DNA from: an archaeon
Lineage (GTDB): Archaea > Thermoplasmatota > Thermoplasmata > WALJ01
Direction of reading: 5' to 3'
Length of the DNA stretch: 62,906 nucleotides
Assembly (NCBI GenBank): GCA_024278375.1
Contig: JAJRTH010000093.1
Location: 1 to 62,906, forward strand
The position numbers and the translations under genes are program-made. Shown here piece after piece: positions 40,841-53,366 of the stretch; the first letter of the stretch is position 1; each line of letters begins with the position of its first letter. Under the pieces are notes generated by a model. It worked only from the letters and a program-made list of their open reading frames with translations, did no database searches and was not told the origin of the DNA.

Positions 40841-40984
40841 TTACCTCGCAATCAGTCTTTTTCTTATGTTCGGCCTTTTCTTATAGAATATCTTCGAACC
40901 GCAGTAGCTGCACTGCATGCCGACGCGGTTTATTGCCGTGTCCTCGAGGTCCCTCTTGCATTTGGCACAGATGTATTCGCTCAT
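40841..40984 (-). CDS. rpoP: RNA polymerase subunit P (Rpo12), absent from the ORF track
   Basis: Manual translation: MSEYICAKCKRDLEDTAINRVGMQCSYCGSKIFYKKRPNIRKRLIAR*. Confidence 0.92.
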   Translation of the reverse strand: MSEYICAKCKRDLEDTAINRVGMQCSYCGSKIFYKKRPNIRKRLIAR

Positions 40985-41241
40985 ATGCTCTCCTCCTTAA
41001 CCTCCTTTTTCCACGATTCCTTCGTGAACGGATAGTATGCGCCACCTGCAAATGTATATCCGCATTTCTTGCATTTCCATATGCCTGTGCTTATCCTCCT
41101 TACGGTGTTGTGGTTGCATCTCGGGCAGGTGTATTTCCGGGATTTCATCCTCGCTACCTTTCCAAGGCTCCTTCGGACCTTAACCCCGTATCTGGGACCG
41201 TATATCCCCGCGGGACCGACTTTCTTCGTTTTTTTAGACAT
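40981..41241 (-). CDS. rpl37ae: 50S ribosomal protein L37ae (eL43)
   Basis: GPRYG, CPRC..GIWKCKKC..AGGAY. Confidence 0.96.
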   Translation of the reverse strand: MSKKTKKVGPAGIYGPRYGVKVRRSLGKVARMKSRKYTCPRCNHNTVRRISTGIWKCKKCGYTFAGGAYYPFTKESWKKEVKEESI

Positions 41242-42037
41242 CGGAAGCGCCTCCTTTCACGGCATCCATGAGGATTTCTCTGAGTTCCTTTCCTTTCTCT
41301 TCGGCCGTTTTCACGATATCCTTCACTTCCTCGTAGGTAAAGCCACCACTTAAACCTTTCTGCATTGCTCTCACATGCCCGTCTTGGTCCGTGTAGACGG
41401 AAAGGCGCGCATCGGCGACCTTCTCCTCATCCAGAGCGGGATCCACGAGAACGACATCCTTTATCTTCACGAATGTGGTCATTACAGGCCAGTTCTTTAT
41501 CGGCAGACGGAAGTCGTCTCCAAGTTCGTACTGGGATGCAGGAACCGTCGTACTGGCCAGAGCGGCTACGGAAGCGAGAGCGGCAGCATCGAACAGATTG
41601 CCGTCGTAATCCAGAATATGCAGGTCCAGGAACATGATCCAGACCTTTTCTCCCGGCTCTATGCAGAGCTTTGTCAGGTCAACGACCTCGCCTTCCCGGA
41701 GACCTCTGTCAACGACCCTCGAGAGCTCTATGGAATTCGCATCCGGAGGGCCAGCCTCGAAATAGGGCGAGGCCATGGGAATCAGCTCGGCATTGGTGGT
41801 AAGAACACCCACATCGGGAGTATCCGGAAAAGGCTCTCCGATGCTCATCTTGATGCCTGCGAGAACATCCGTGCTTCCAAGATGGACTCTGGCGGAGCCC
41901 TCCGCCACCTCTATGACGTTCGGCTCTATCGTTATCTTTCTGTATTTATAAAGATCCCTCCCGTCAGGCCTCTTATTTTCCATGAGGCTCTTGTATATGT
42001 AATCTCTCAATATCTGGGCTACTGTTTCCTGGCTCAT
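41234..42037 (-). CDS. rrp42: Exosome subunit Rrp42
   Basis: RPDGR, AEGSA, PFPDTP, VVDRGLRE, DGNLFDA. Confidence 0.95.
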   Translation of the reverse strand: MSQETVAQILRDYIYKSLMENKRPDGRDLYKYRKITIEPNVIEVAEGSARVHLGSTDVLAGIKMSIGEPFPDTPDVGVLTTNAELIPMASPYFEAGPPDANSIELSRVVDRGLREGEVVDLTKLCIEPGEKVWIMFLDLHILDYDGNLFDAAALASVAALASTTVPASQYELGDDFRLPIKNWPVMTTFVKIKDVVLVDPALDEEKVADARLSVYTDQDGHVRAMQKGLSGGFTYEEVKDIVKTAEEKGKELREILMDAVKGGASDV

Positions 42038-42813
42038 TACTCTTCCTCCTTTATCTCTTCCATGCTGGCAATCTCCTCCTTTTCCTCCTCCGCCACGATG
42101 GCGTATCTCCTGCGCAGAGCCTCCTTCTGGAGCTCGTATATTCTGAGAGAAGCGTCCTTGGCCATATCTATCGCATTGAAAAGCTCCTCCCGGGTCATGT
42201 CTCCGTCCATTTGAAGGAGAACTATCTCTCCGGTCCTGGGAATTATTGCGAGAGGGACATCGGCCTGACCGAAGTTGTCCTCTTCCTTTCCCAGGTCAAG
42301 CACAACCGTGCCCTCCACCTTTCCGGCGGCACATCCGACCACCAGGTCCTTCATGGGAATCCCGGCATCAGCGAGCGCCACCGATGCCGCAGTCAGTCCG
42401 GCGCATCTGGTGCCGGCATTGGCCTGGAGAACCTCTATGAATACGTCTATCGAAGACCGAGGGAACAGCTCGGTCAGTATGACACTCTCCAGAGCTTCGG
42501 ATATTATTTTCGATATCTCCACGGATCTCCTGTCCGGCCCGGGCCTCTTTCTATCACCAACGGAAAAAGGAGCCATGTTGTACCTGCACTGAACTATGGC
42601 CTTCGCGGAGTCCTGCAAATGCCTCGGATGCGCCTCTCGAGGGCCATAAACAGCGGCCAACACTTTGTTTTTTCCCCATTCAAGATAGGCGGACCCGTCC
42701 GCCCGTTTAAGAACACCAGCTTCTATCTTTATGGGTCTCAACTGATCAGGCTTTCTTCCGTCTATCCTCACGCCCTTGTCATCTATCAATTTAATATCTG
42801 TCTTCATACTCAT
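42037..42813 (-). CDS. rrp41: Exosome exonuclease Rrp41
   Basis: RIDGR, ADGSAY, YGPRE, GPDRRS, AGTRCA. Confidence 0.96.
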   Translation of the reverse strand: MSMKTDIKLIDDKGVRIDGRKPDQLRPIKIEAGVLKRADGSAYLEWGKNKVLAAVYGPREAHPRHLQDSAKAIVQCRYNMAPFSVGDRKRPGPDRRSVEISKIISEALESVILTELFPRSSIDVFIEVLQANAGTRCAGLTAASVALADAGIPMKDLVVGCAAGKVEGTVVLDLGKEEDNFGQADVPLAIIPRTGEIVLLQMDGDMTREELFNAIDMAKDASLRIYELQKEALRRRYAIVAEEEKEEIASMEEIKEEE

Positions 42814-42814
42814 T

Positions 42815-43510
42815 TCATTGCCTCCTTATCTTTTTACTCTCTTTCTCAAGAAATTCCTTTATCTTGTCGGTAAGTCCTATGGTCTGCGCCTCCTCGTCTA
42901 TCTTTTTTATTGCCCTTATTGCGAGGGCTATGCCGTCAACATCTCCGTCTATCCATATTCTTCCATTCTGGCCCACGAATATCCTGCACTCGGTGTATTC
43001 TTTAAGCAGGTTTATCATCGAACCGCCCTTTCCTATCACACGCGGCACCTTCGAGGCCGGAATCTCAATTATATTTCCTCCGGAGAGCTTCCTAAGCCCC
43101 TGGTCCTTCATGCTAACTCTCACATGCTTGGCCTCATCCACACCGTCCACTTTCACCAGAACGGTGTCACCGACCTTAAGATATGAGGGCGTATCTCCGA
43201 AATTCACTTTCCAGGGCACATCGTTGACGTGGAGAGGGGCGGGATACGGAGAGTTTATATCGACGAGCCAAGACGTGGCGCCGGCCTCCGTGATTATTCC
43301 TATGACTTTGTCCCCGTACCGGGGTATGTATCTCCCGTTCAGGGGAAAGACGTTCACATAGTTCTTGCTTATGTTCTTTATTCCGAGCTGTGCGGCATAT
43401 ATAATACCGTTCTCGGCATATGTGCCCACTCCGGGTCTGAGGCCGGTGGTATCGACGACCTCCCCGGGAAGCACAAGTTCCCTGATCACATTAGGTTTTT
43501 CCTCATTCAT
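42815..43510 (-). CDS. rrp4: Exosome RNA-binding subunit Rrp4
   Basis: S1 and KH domains ([20 protein letters not shown]). Confidence 0.95.
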   Translation of the reverse strand: MNEEKPNVIRELVLPGEVVDTTGLRPGVGTYAENGIIYAAQLGIKNISKNYVNVFPLNGRYIPRYGDKVIGIITEAGATSWLVDINSPYPAPLHVNDVPWKVNFGDTPSYLKVGDTVLVKVDGVDEAKHVRVSMKDQGLRKLSGGNIIEIPASKVPRVIGKGGSMINLLKEYTECRIFVGQNGRIWIDGDVDGIALAIRAIKKIDEEAQTIGLTDKIKEFLEKESKKIRRQ

Positions 43511-43528
43511 TCTATCACGCTCTAAAAA

Positions 43529-44227
43529 TTAACTATTTAACAGTTTTGTTTCCACATCTCCTTTTGTTTTTTTATTGAGGTGGTCAAAAAATTCAATCTG
43601 CACACCGGCCGGAATCTCGACAACCCCTATCCAAGACCCATCTTTTTGCCATTCTTCTTTTATTATCTGTCCGTATGAGACAAGGTCTCCGTACACTTTT
43701 CCGTAGTTCTCTCCGGAGAGTCGGATGGCAACCCTTACCTTCTCGAACCTTATTGGGATTATCGGCCTGAGGGCATCCAGGACCTTCTGGACCTGCTGCT
43801 CCGCTGGTTTGAACGGGTCTATATGCACATGTGCCTCTTCCATGGCCGCCTCTATTCTCTGCGGAGGATGCGGTGTCTTTGTCTGGGGGTTTATGGCGTT
43901 TTTCGCTATTTCCGCCACTATTTTCCTTCTCTTTTCCTCCTGCATCTTCCTTCTCTGCTCCGTTGTTAGCTGAACCTCTCCCTTCTTTACGATATGGAGG
44001 GCGACCTCATTTATGTCCTCGGTACCGAAGACTTTTCTTATGGATTCTTCGGAGGCCCGATCTCCCTTTCTGGCATCCTTAAAAACGTCTTCCACGGCAA
44101 GGAACTCTCTGATATCTTTCACCTCTCCGGAATGGACCTTCTCCACGATATCCGGGTCTATGAGAATTTCGAAGCGCTCTCCGTGAGATTCGAGTCTGGC
44201 TATTACGGCATCGTCGAGGCTTACCAT
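43529..44227 (-). CDS. Ribosome assembly factor SBDS/Sdo1
   Basis: [23 protein letters not shown]. Confidence 0.95.
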   Translation of the reverse strand: MVSLDDAVIARLESHGERFEILIDPDIVEKVHSGEVKDIREFLAVEDVFKDARKGDRASEESIRKVFGTEDINEVALHIVKKGEVQLTTEQRRKMQEEKRRKIVAEIAKNAINPQTKTPHPPQRIEAAMEEAHVHIDPFKPAEQQVQKVLDALRPIIPIRFEKVRVAIRLSGENYGKVYGDLVSYGQIIKEEWQKDGSWIGVVEIPAGVQIEFFDHLNKKTKGDVETKLLNS

Positions 44228-44228
44228 C

Positions 44229-44963
44229 TCAATCTCCCTTGAGTTCGGCACCCAGGAACTTGCTTATGCTCTTCTTTATCTCATCATCCTTCAATTTCCT
44301 GAATCTCTTTCCTTTCTGGACCACGCCTATCTCAACAGATATTGGGTTCAGCGGCTCTTCGTTGGCCTTCTGAAGGGCCCTCAATCCGAGGGAAAGGGCG
44401 TCTTCTCTGCTCATCCCGTCCTTGTGTTCGGCCTCCAGCATCTCCATCACAACGTCCTTTCCCGCCCCTATGCTCGTCGCTTTGTATGCGAAGAGAGCGC
44501 CGCTGGGGTCTGTCTCGAACAGATGCGGTCCCTTTTCGTCGTGTCCCGCGATGAGGAGCGCTATTCCGAAGGGCCTGACACCTCCGTACTGAGTATACTG
44601 CTGCTTGTAATCACATATCTTCTTTGCGAGCGCCTCCACCAGAATGGGCTCGTCATAGGTGACACGATTTATCTGTGCCAGCACCCGTGCATAGTCGATT
44701 ATTATTCTCGCATCGGCCACCAGTCCCGAGGTGGAGACGCCTATGTGCTCATCCACTTCATATATCTTCTCAACAGAATCCGCCTCAATCAATTTCGAAC
44801 TGAGTCTCTTGTCCGCTATCAGCACGACACCGTCCTTGAATTTCAGACCTATGGTTGTCGTACCTCTGGTGACGGCCACCCTTGCATATTCAACCTGAAA
44901 CAGGCGCCCGTCTGGAGAGAACACAGTTATAGCTCTATCATACGCCATCTGACCTGGTTGCAT
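44229..44963 (-). CDS. psmA: Proteasome alpha subunit
   Basis: [20 protein letters not shown] signature. Confidence 0.97.
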   Translation of the reverse strand: MQPGQMAYDRAITVFSPDGRLFQVEYARVAVTRGTTTIGLKFKDGVVLIADKRLSSKLIEADSVEKIYEVDEHIGVSTSGLVADARIIIDYARVLAQINRVTYDEPILVEALAKKICDYKQQYTQYGGVRPFGIALLIAGHDEKGPHLFETDPSGALFAYKATSIGAGKDVVMEMLEAEHKDGMSREDALSLGLRALQKANEEPLNPISVEIGVVQKGKRFRKLKDDEIKKSISKFLGAELKGD

Positions 44964-45039
44964 TCAAATTCACCGCTCCGCTATCACACATTCGCATATA
45001 AAGGTTTGCGAAAAATGATTACAAAAGAAGCGATTATAA

Positions 45040-46493
<1,454 letters not shown>

Positions 46494-46527
46494 GGAAAGA
46501 ATAATCTACATCCGGCAATCACCGAAC

Positions 46528-47346
46528 ATGCGCTCCATAATAATCTCCACGGAGGACATCGCAAGCAGGAACATCCGGGACAGGCTTCTGGAGGCGGAAG
46601 ATTGGGAGGAAATCGGAGAATTCCGTTCGTTCCCTGCCTACAGATGGAAGGACTATGTAATCTTGCAGCATGAGAAGCCCCACATATATGCAGAGGGCAT
46701 TGACGTCGAGGTGGAGAGCTTTATCGGAGAAAGACCGGAATTCCTTGTTTTTGCATCAAAACACAAAAGCGAGTCCGGAAAGAGAGCGCTGACCGTGCAT
46801 GCTGTCGGAAACTATGGAAAGGCAGAATATGGGGGAAAGGAGGGCACTCTCTCAGCGTCATGTCCCATACTGATGACCGAAGCCCTGAGGCTTGTAAATA
46901 AACACAACCGCCTCGGGGATTTCTCTGTTTCATATGAGGTGACCCACCATGGCCCTTATCTCGAAACCCCTTCATTTTTCATCGAAATCGGTAGTACGGA
47001 GGAGGAGTGGAGGAACATAACGGCGGGGGAGGCGATAGCAAAAGCCATTCTCGAACTCGGAGAAATCAGAGAAAGCAAGGACAAGATTGCCATAGGAATC
47101 GGCGGAGGGCACTATGCCCCGAGGTTCTCGGAGCTGGCACTGGAAAAAGCGATAAGTTTCGGTCATATGGCCCCAAGATATGCAGTGGAAAATCTGGATA
47201 GAAGGATGCTGGGGCAGATGGTCGAAAAGAGCGGAGCCGAATACGTTTATTTTTACAAGGTCGGCCTTAAGAGGTCCCAGATAACGGAGATGAGGAAGAT
47301 ACTGGAGGATATGGGAGTCAGGAGAATAAAGAGCGACGAGATGTAG
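46528..47346 (+). CDS. dtdA: D-aminoacyl-tRNA deacylase (archaeal DTD2)
   Basis: SKHKS, LTVH..GN, EVTHHGP, FIEIGS, GGGHYAP. Confidence 0.92.
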   Translation: MRSIIISTEDIASRNIRDRLLEAEDWEEIGEFRSFPAYRWKDYVILQHEKPHIYAEGIDVEVESFIGERPEFLVFASKHKSESGKRALTVHAVGNYGKAEYGGKEGTLSASCPILMTEALRLVNKHNRLGDFSVSYEVTHHGPYLETPSFFIEIGSTEEEWRNITAGEAIAKAILELGEIRESKDKIAIGIGGGHYAPRFSELALEKAISFGHMAPRYAVENLDRRMLGQMVEKSGAEYVYFYKVGLKRSQITEMRKILEDMGVRRIKSDEM

Positions 47347-47384
47347 GGAAACCGGCGAAGGAAAAATACCGGAAATTAAGGGGG

Positions 47385-48673
47385 TTAGAGGTCGACAAGC
47401 TCCTCGTAGTCGTACATCCTCGTGCCTTCCTTGAAGCAATAGTGTATTGCCTGGAAGTCCTCTTTGAAGGCCTTTACATCCTCTCCTACTTTCTTCGGGT
47501 CTTCCTTGTCTATGACCACACGCTTCATGAACTCCGCAACATCCTGCATGTCATTCTCTTTCATGCCTATCCTTGTGAGTTCCTGTGTACCTAGCCTTAA
47601 ACCGCTCGGATCGAGGGCCGTATTCACATCATCCCAGGGCAGGAGATTCTTGTTAACTATTATGTATGCCTCCTCCAAGGCCTCGGCCGCGAACTTTCCG
47701 CCCCCGTGCTCTCTTACATCAACGACCAGGGTGTGCGATTCGGTGAACCCTTTCTTCTCCGCAAGAACCTTGAATCCACGCTCGTAAAGGGCCTGACCCA
47801 GAGCCTTCGAATTCCTGACTATCTGCTCGGCGTACCTCTCGCCGAACTGAATGTGCTCGGCCAGGGCAACTCCCAGCGCGGCCATCGCATTCAGGTGGTG
47901 GTTGCTAAGAACTCCGGGGAAAACGCCGTATATCAGTTTTCTCTCCGTTTTCTCATCCCGGGGATTGGCGACAATCATGCCGTGCTGCGGTCCCGGTAGG
48001 GTCTTGTGAGTGCTCATCGTCATCACTTCGACACCCTCTCTGAGAGGGTCCTGGAACTTTCCTCCCGCTATGAGACCTGCAACATGTGCGGCATCGTACC
48101 ATACATGGGATCCAACCTCTTCAAAAGCGTCCCGGAATTCCTTCAAAGGCGTGGGAAAGAGATAAACGGACTGGCCGAATAGAGCGAGCTTCGGCCTCAC
48201 TTCCTTTATCACCTTTATGGTTCCGTCTATGTCCAGGTTCATCTCCTCGACGTCAAAGGGATACTCTATTGGTTGAAGACCCCTAAGGCCGACAGCGCCG
48301 AACTTCGCACTACTTATATGCGCTCCAGCCGCAACTCCCGGCACAGTGATCATGTCTCCGGGCTTCGTAAGGGCAAAGAGGACACCCATGTTCGCATTGG
48401 TTCCCGAAACGGGCCTGACATCCGCATAATTCGCTCTGAAAAGTTTCTTAGCAAGTTCCTGAACCTTCAATTCTATCAGATCCACGAACTCGTTTCCCTG
48501 ATAATAGCGCTCTCCCGGAAGCCCTTCGGCATATCTGTTGTGCAGGTCCGTTACCATGAGTTCTCTCGCAAGAGGGCTCAGGAGATTCTCGGAAGCTATC
48601 ATCGGGATGGAATTTCTGAAGAGTTCCGTATGCTTTTTCGCCATTCTCTGATATACATAGATTCATCAAGCAT
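47385..48673 (-). CDS. glyA: Serine hydroxymethyltransferase (apparent 1-nt deletion near 48645)
   Basis: IASEN, YAEG, STHKTLPGP. The GGTGA RBS and ATG at 48673 (MLDESMYIRE) are one base out of frame with the main ORF 47385-48644. Confidence 0.93.
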
Positions 48674-48768
48674 CGTATCACCTTGAGACAGTATCCCAAA
48701 ACGGTTTAAAAGCCTTCGCACGAACAAAACAGGAAACGCACATCAAAAATATTAAGTGGTTTGGACAC

Positions 48769-49020
48769 TCAGAGTGTCCTTATCATCTCGGCCACGAATT
48801 CTCTTGTTTCGGCATCGTCGGGGATTGTCAGTGACTTCTTGTACTTCTTTGTGCCGTCCTGTGCGTAGTATCCTCTTGTTATGGAGAGAAACTCGTTGGA
48901 CTCTCCGTCTTCGTTCGTGGCTTTCTTTTTTGCTACCTCTATAAAGTTGTTTCTTCCGAAATCCTTTATCTCGGCTTTTATGGTCTCGAACGAGACCTTT
49001 CCATTTCCGTTTTCGCTCAT
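48769..49020 (-). CDS. Small hypothetical protein, possibly PC4/PUR-like nucleic-acid binding
   Basis: FGRNNFIEVAKK..EFLSITRGY..KKSLTIP; beta-strands followed by a helix; GAGGTG RBS. Confidence 0.65.
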   Translation of the reverse strand: MSENGNGKVSFETIKAEIKDFGRNNFIEVAKKKATNEDGESNEFLSITRGYYAQDGTKKYKKSLTIPDDAETREFVAEMIRTL

Positions 49021-49252
49021 TTCATACACCTCTTTTTTCGTTGTTTATCTGTTTTTGCGGTGTCGACGGGCACATAACCCGTCCGCCTCTTTTTTCGAGG
49101 CGCTCGAACCATCTCCACATAAAGTATAAGAATTGTTGTTGCATATAACAGGAGACAACAGAGGCACATCTCTGCCCGAAACCCGCCTCTTATGATGCCG
49201 CTCTCCATCGCTATCTATTAATACACCTCTTTCATACAGTCAGGCGATATTC

Positions 49253-49510
49253 ATGATATTCAGGAAGAAGGATGAGCAGGTGTCCGAGAAAGAGTCCGCA
49301 CTTGTCGGTCCTAAGAAGGGCAAGGTCAAAACGTGCGATGTCAGCGGGTGCTCCGAACCTTCTGTCAGAACAGTTTCCGGGGAGAAGGCCAGGAAAGGAG
49401 GATTGGCCGTATCCGAAGGTCTTAGAAAGGTTCATCTGTGCAAAAAGCACTACAAGGAATACAAGAAGGCCACGAAGAAGGACAGAGAACTCGAGAGAAT
49501 GGGGTGGTGA
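49253..49510 (+). CDS. Small archaeal zinc-binding hypothetical protein
   Basis: CDVSGC...LCKKHYKEYKK. Confidence 0.75.
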   Translation: MIFRKKDEQVSEKESALVGPKKGKVKTCDVSGCSEPSVRTVSGEKARKGGLAVSEGLRKVHLCKKHYKEYKKATKKDRELERMGW

Positions 49511-49529
49511 GCTGGAGGAGAAGACGGAG

Positions 49530-49829
49530 ATGGAAAACGGGGAAAGAGCGGCTCAGAGGAGAGCTCTCCTCGAGAGCATAATAGAGAACCGGAAGATGGA
49601 GGCCTATGTCGAGCACAAGACCAGAGAAATGCACGTCTGCTTCATGTGCGGCGGGATATTCTACAAAAAGCCCGGTAAGGACATAGGTAAAAAATGGATA
49701 TGCATAGATTGCCTGCGCTCCCTGAAAGAGATTCTCGATGGACTGGACCAGTGGGAAGCCGAGCTCGCCATAGAAAAGGAGTTCAACGAGCGCTATGAGA
49801 GGGCTCTTAAAGGCGCTCACGAACCGTGA
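49530..49829 (+). CDS. Small zinc-finger hypothetical protein
   Basis: CFMCGG..WICIDC; start uncertain. Confidence 0.65.
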   Translation: MENGERAAQRRALLESIIENRKMEAYVEHKTREMHVCFMCGGIFYKKPGKDIGKKWICIDCLRSLKEILDGLDQWEAELAIEKEFNERYERALKGAHEP

Positions 49830-52444
49830 CCTTTTTTCTTTTCCTTATTGCCGGATATCTTAATGGCAGACAGCAGGATTACTATCGAAGGCACCACGAG
49901 CAGATATTGCAATGTGTTCGGGTCCGAGGAACCCCCATGTGAGACCGCTTCCTCCGGTATTCCTGACTCTTTTATGTTATTATGTGCGCTATCGTTATCC
50001 GTACGGGGGTTTTCCACAAAAACAGAAGGTGAAACAGCCTGTTCATCGCGCTCGGGAAGAACCGAGCGAGACTCTTCGGGGATTATGCATATGTTAACAC
50101 AGGCCGAATCCTCATTCCCATCAGCATCTCTGACCGTCAGGACCAGTTCGTGCTCGCCGGGATATGCGAAACTGAGAACAAGCGTTGTGTTGTCGGATAT
50201 TGTGTCGCCGTCGAGAAGCCACTCATAGTCCGAGATACCGGAATCGTCGTACGAAGAAAGAGCATCGAAGGTACAGGTCTCGTTAACCCTGAGAATACGC
50301 TTTCCGTTTATCGCGGCCACGGGCAGAGTGAAATCGGATTTCCAGTCGTCCATGAACAGAGTCGTGAGATACTCCGCCACACCTCTGTTTTCTATCAGCA
50401 CCGCAAGTTCCCTGTTATTCGTGAACGAGTTCTGCGCCCAATTGAAGCTGGATATTAGCGACATATTCCCGTCTATAATCATCCCTTTGTTGTGAACCTT
50501 TACAAGCCCATGTCTGCCAAGGTCAATAACCCTTGCTTCAAGATCCACGGAATGCTCTGCAGCAAAGCAGTTCAGAAATTCCGCGAGTTCGTCGTTGTCA
50601 TCACCACCGTCCGTATTATAGTAAGAGCCGTCGAGGAGAACCTTGACCTCGCAGCCTCTGAGCGATGCGTTGAGGAGTGCGCTTACGAGAGGATTCCGGA
50701 ACTCCCCGCTCCCGCACTTCCATTCCGGTGTTATATAGAACTGTTCGACATAGATGGATTTCTCCGCAGAGCTTATGGCACCTATTATCTCATCCAACCC
50801 GGCATCCGGGCCGGGAAGCAGGGTTATACTGAAATTTCCCTCGAAATCCGCAGGTTCGGAACCTTTTGCCGGAAACGGGGTCCAGTCCGAATCCGCAACT
50901 TCGAAATCCAGAGAATCGAAGGGAACGATGTCCGAGAAGTTAAGGTCGGAGTCCGTGAAAAACAGCCTCCTCATGTATCCGGCGGCGCTCTTGTTCCTTA
51001 TCACCACACCCCATCCTCTGTTTCCGTTCTTCCCGTCAGTTTTCATGGCATCTCCGTTGAAGTTCTCCGAGGATATGATCAGCGCCTCAGAATCCACGAC
51101 CATATACTTGGCGTGGTCGTATCTGTATCTCTCAAAGTTTCCTGCGCTCTCGTTGTTCATCTCGAGTCTGACATCCGCTCCCGAATTCGAAAGCACCTCC
51201 AGCACCTTCATCTCATCTTCCGGCATTCCTCCAACAGGATTGCCTTCCACAAGGATTTTCACCTCCACTCCTCTCGCAATGGCTCCGAGGATTTCCTGCG
51301 CTATTTCCTGACTTCTGAACTCGTAGACATTTATCAGAATCTCCCTGTCAGCGGCTTTTATCTCGTTTTTCACGGCCTTTAGGGCGGATTCCGGTGCCGA
51401 GAAAAGGGTCACTGATCCGCTGAACGAGATATTAAGCGGAGAAAGAGAAGAGCGCCCTATTTTTCTGACCTTCCATCCGTTTTCATCGTAATATACCTCT
51501 CCTTTCCGGGGAGCGCTCAGCTCTCCATTCTCTCCGTAAGAGACAGAGAAAAGCATACTGCCAGAAGGCGAGCAGAACAGGATTTCGTCTCCCGCGTTTG
51601 CAAACTGAGGATAGCTCGAAGGCGTGTAGCAGTCGCCATAGCTCAATGTCGGGGCAAAACCCATCTCGCCCAGGAATCCCGTGTAATTCTGTGTCACATA
51701 TATGCTCGAATTAGCCTCGAGGACCGTTCCGGAAGGCAGGTATGCATATCCCTCGCCATCCGTTATATAGCATCCGGAAACATCCATGTCGGAATTCGAG
51801 GGATTCCTTATCTCCACAAATTCGTCGGAGGCTCTGGCACAGGGATAAAAGGATGAGATCACAACCCCCGTTCCGGAATTCATGTCCGGGTTTCTTTTCC
51901 CGGGCGTCGGCATGGCGTTGAACCATTCCCCGGTATCCGAGGAGCGAGCCATTGCCATCCCTGTTTCCGTCTCGATTTTTTCATCCCATTCGATTCCTTC
52001 CGGAGGTGCATCCACCATGCTCCCGCCCCCATAGGCCAGATAATCCACGGTGTTTCCAGCATCATCCAGCAAAAGAAGGTCGTCTCCACCGTTGTTCAGC
52101 ATGGATGTACTCTTCCACATGTGGAAATAGAACACACCGTTCTCCGTCCTGTTCTCACCCGGACCGACGTAAATCACCACTCTATCGCCGGGCTCTATAA
52201 GTATGTCGGGAAAAACGAAGTCCGTCGCTCCGTCCTGGTCGCTCAGTGACCAGTTCAGCATATCCACAGCACTGTTTCCGAGGTTCATTATCTCTATGAA
52301 CTCTCCCTCAAGGTCGGAGCCGACAGGGTCGGGCAGCAGCTCCGTTATTCTTATACCGCTTTCGACAGGGCCGACATCCGCGTTTCCGGGCAACATTGGA
52401 AATGCCAGGAAGAGCGCAAGAAGTAAGGGAATCATCCGTTTCAT
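49817..52444 (-). CDS. Exported phospholipase D-family protein with lamin-tail and PKD domains
   Basis: Signal peptide, two LTD-like segments (EFIEIMN, EFVEIRN), two HKD motifs (HAKYMVVD, HNKGMIID), PKD domain, C-terminal TM. Confidence 0.9.
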   Translation of the reverse strand: MKRMIPLLLALFLAFPMLPGNADVGPVESGIRITELLPDPVGSDLEGEFIEIMNLGNSAVDMLNWSLSDQDGATDFVFPDILIEPGDRVVIYVGPGENRTENGVFYFHMWKSTSMLNNGGDDLLLLDDAGNTVDYLAYGGGSMVDAPPEGIEWDEKIETETGMAMARSSDTGEWFNAMPTPGKRNPDMNSGTGVVISSFYPCARASDEFVEIRNPSNSDMDVSGCYITDGEGYAYLPSGTVLEANSSIYVTQNYTGFLGEMGFAPTLSYGDCYTPSSYPQFANAGDEILFCSPSGSMLFSVSYGENGELSAPRKGEVYYDENGWKVRKIGRSSLSPLNISFSGSVTLFSAPESALKAVKNEIKAADREILINVYEFRSQEIAQEILGAIARGVEVKILVEGNPVGGMPEDEMKVLEVLSNSGADVRLEMNNESAGNFERYRYDHAKYMVVDSEALIISSENFNGDAMKTDGKNGNRGWGVVIRNKSAAGYMRRLFFTDSDLNFSDIVPFDSLDFEVADSDWTPFPAKGSEPADFEGNFSITLLPGPDAGLDEIIGAISSAEKSIYVEQFYITPEWKCGSGEFRNPLVSALLNASLRGCEVKVLLDGSYYNTDGGDDNDELAEFLNCFAAEHSVDLEARVIDLGRHGLVKVHNKGMIIDGNMSLISSFNWAQNSFTNNRELAVLIENRGVAEYLTTLFMDDWKSDFTLPVAAINGKRILRVNETCTFDALSSYDDSGISDYEWLLDGDTISDNTTLVLSFAYPGEHELVLTVRDADGNEDSACVNICIIPEESRSVLPERDEQAVSPSVFVENPRTDNDSAHNNIKESGIPEEAVSHGGSSDPNTLQYLLVVPSIVILLSAIKISGNKEKKKGHGS

Positions 52445-52550
52445 GTGGGGCTCTCATTATTGAATATTTTAAAGAGAGACGGTTTCATGTAACAGAGATG
52501 CAACACGGGTGCACCAAAAATACTAATAAGGCAGACCTGAATAGAGAGCC

Positions 52551-53327
52551 GTGGACATCTCGGAAACCATAGCGAAAACAGCGTATCATGCCTATGAAAA
52601 GAGCCTCCTGAACGAGGTGAAATCCGGCCCGATTCCCAACCATATCGCCATCATCATGGACGGCAACAGAAGATTCGCCAGAGAGCTGTTTCTTCCGCCC
52701 ACGGAGGGACACAAGGAGGGCAGGAGCAAGCTGGAGGAGGTCATGGAGTGGGGAAGAGAGATAGGTGTGAGGATTCTCACGGTCTATGCATTTTCCACCG
52801 AGAACTTCCGAAGAAGCAGGGGAGAGGTGGAGGAGCTAATGAGGCTTTTCGCAGAGAACTTCAGGAAGGCTGCGGATGACGAGAGAGTTCACAAATATGG
52901 AATAAGGATTAAAGCCATAGGAAAAAGGGAACTTCTTCCGGAGAACGTCCGCAGTGCCATAGAATATGCGGAAGAAAGAACAAAGGATTATGATAATTTT
53001 ATCTACAACATAGCGGTTGCATACGGAGGAAGGGAGGAGATAGTGGATGCCATAAGAAAGATCGCCGAGGACGTCAAGGAGGGAAGGCTGAAAATCTCGG
53101 AAATAAGCGAAAAAAAGGTCTCAGAATACATGTACACGGGAGACGTCCCTGACCCCGACCTGATTCTGAGAACTTCGGGGGAAGAGAGAATTTCCAACTT
53201 CCTTCTCTGGCAGCTGGCATACTCGGAGCTCTATTTCACGGATGTCTACTGGCCGGGTTTCAGAAAAATAGATTTTCTGAGGGCAATAAGAGATTATCAG
53301 AGAAGACAGAGAAGGTTTGGAAAATAA
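52551..53327 (+). CDS. uppS: cis-polyprenyl diphosphate synthase
   Basis: HIAIIMDGNRR, FSTEN, RTSGEERISNFLLWQ, RRFG. Confidence 0.96.
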   Translation: MDISETIAKTAYHAYEKSLLNEVKSGPIPNHIAIIMDGNRRFARELFLPPTEGHKEGRSKLEEVMEWGREIGVRILTVYAFSTENFRRSRGEVEELMRLFAENFRKAADDERVHKYGIRIKAIGKRELLPENVRSAIEYAEERTKDYDNFIYNIAVAYGGREEIVDAIRKIAEDVKEGRLKISEISEKKVSEYMYTGDVPDPDLILRTSGEERISNFLLWQLAYSELYFTDVYWPGFRKIDFLRAIRDYQRRQRRFGK

Positions 53328-53366
53328 GTTAAGGGGTTAAGAGGTTTATTTTTTGCATATGCTCGG

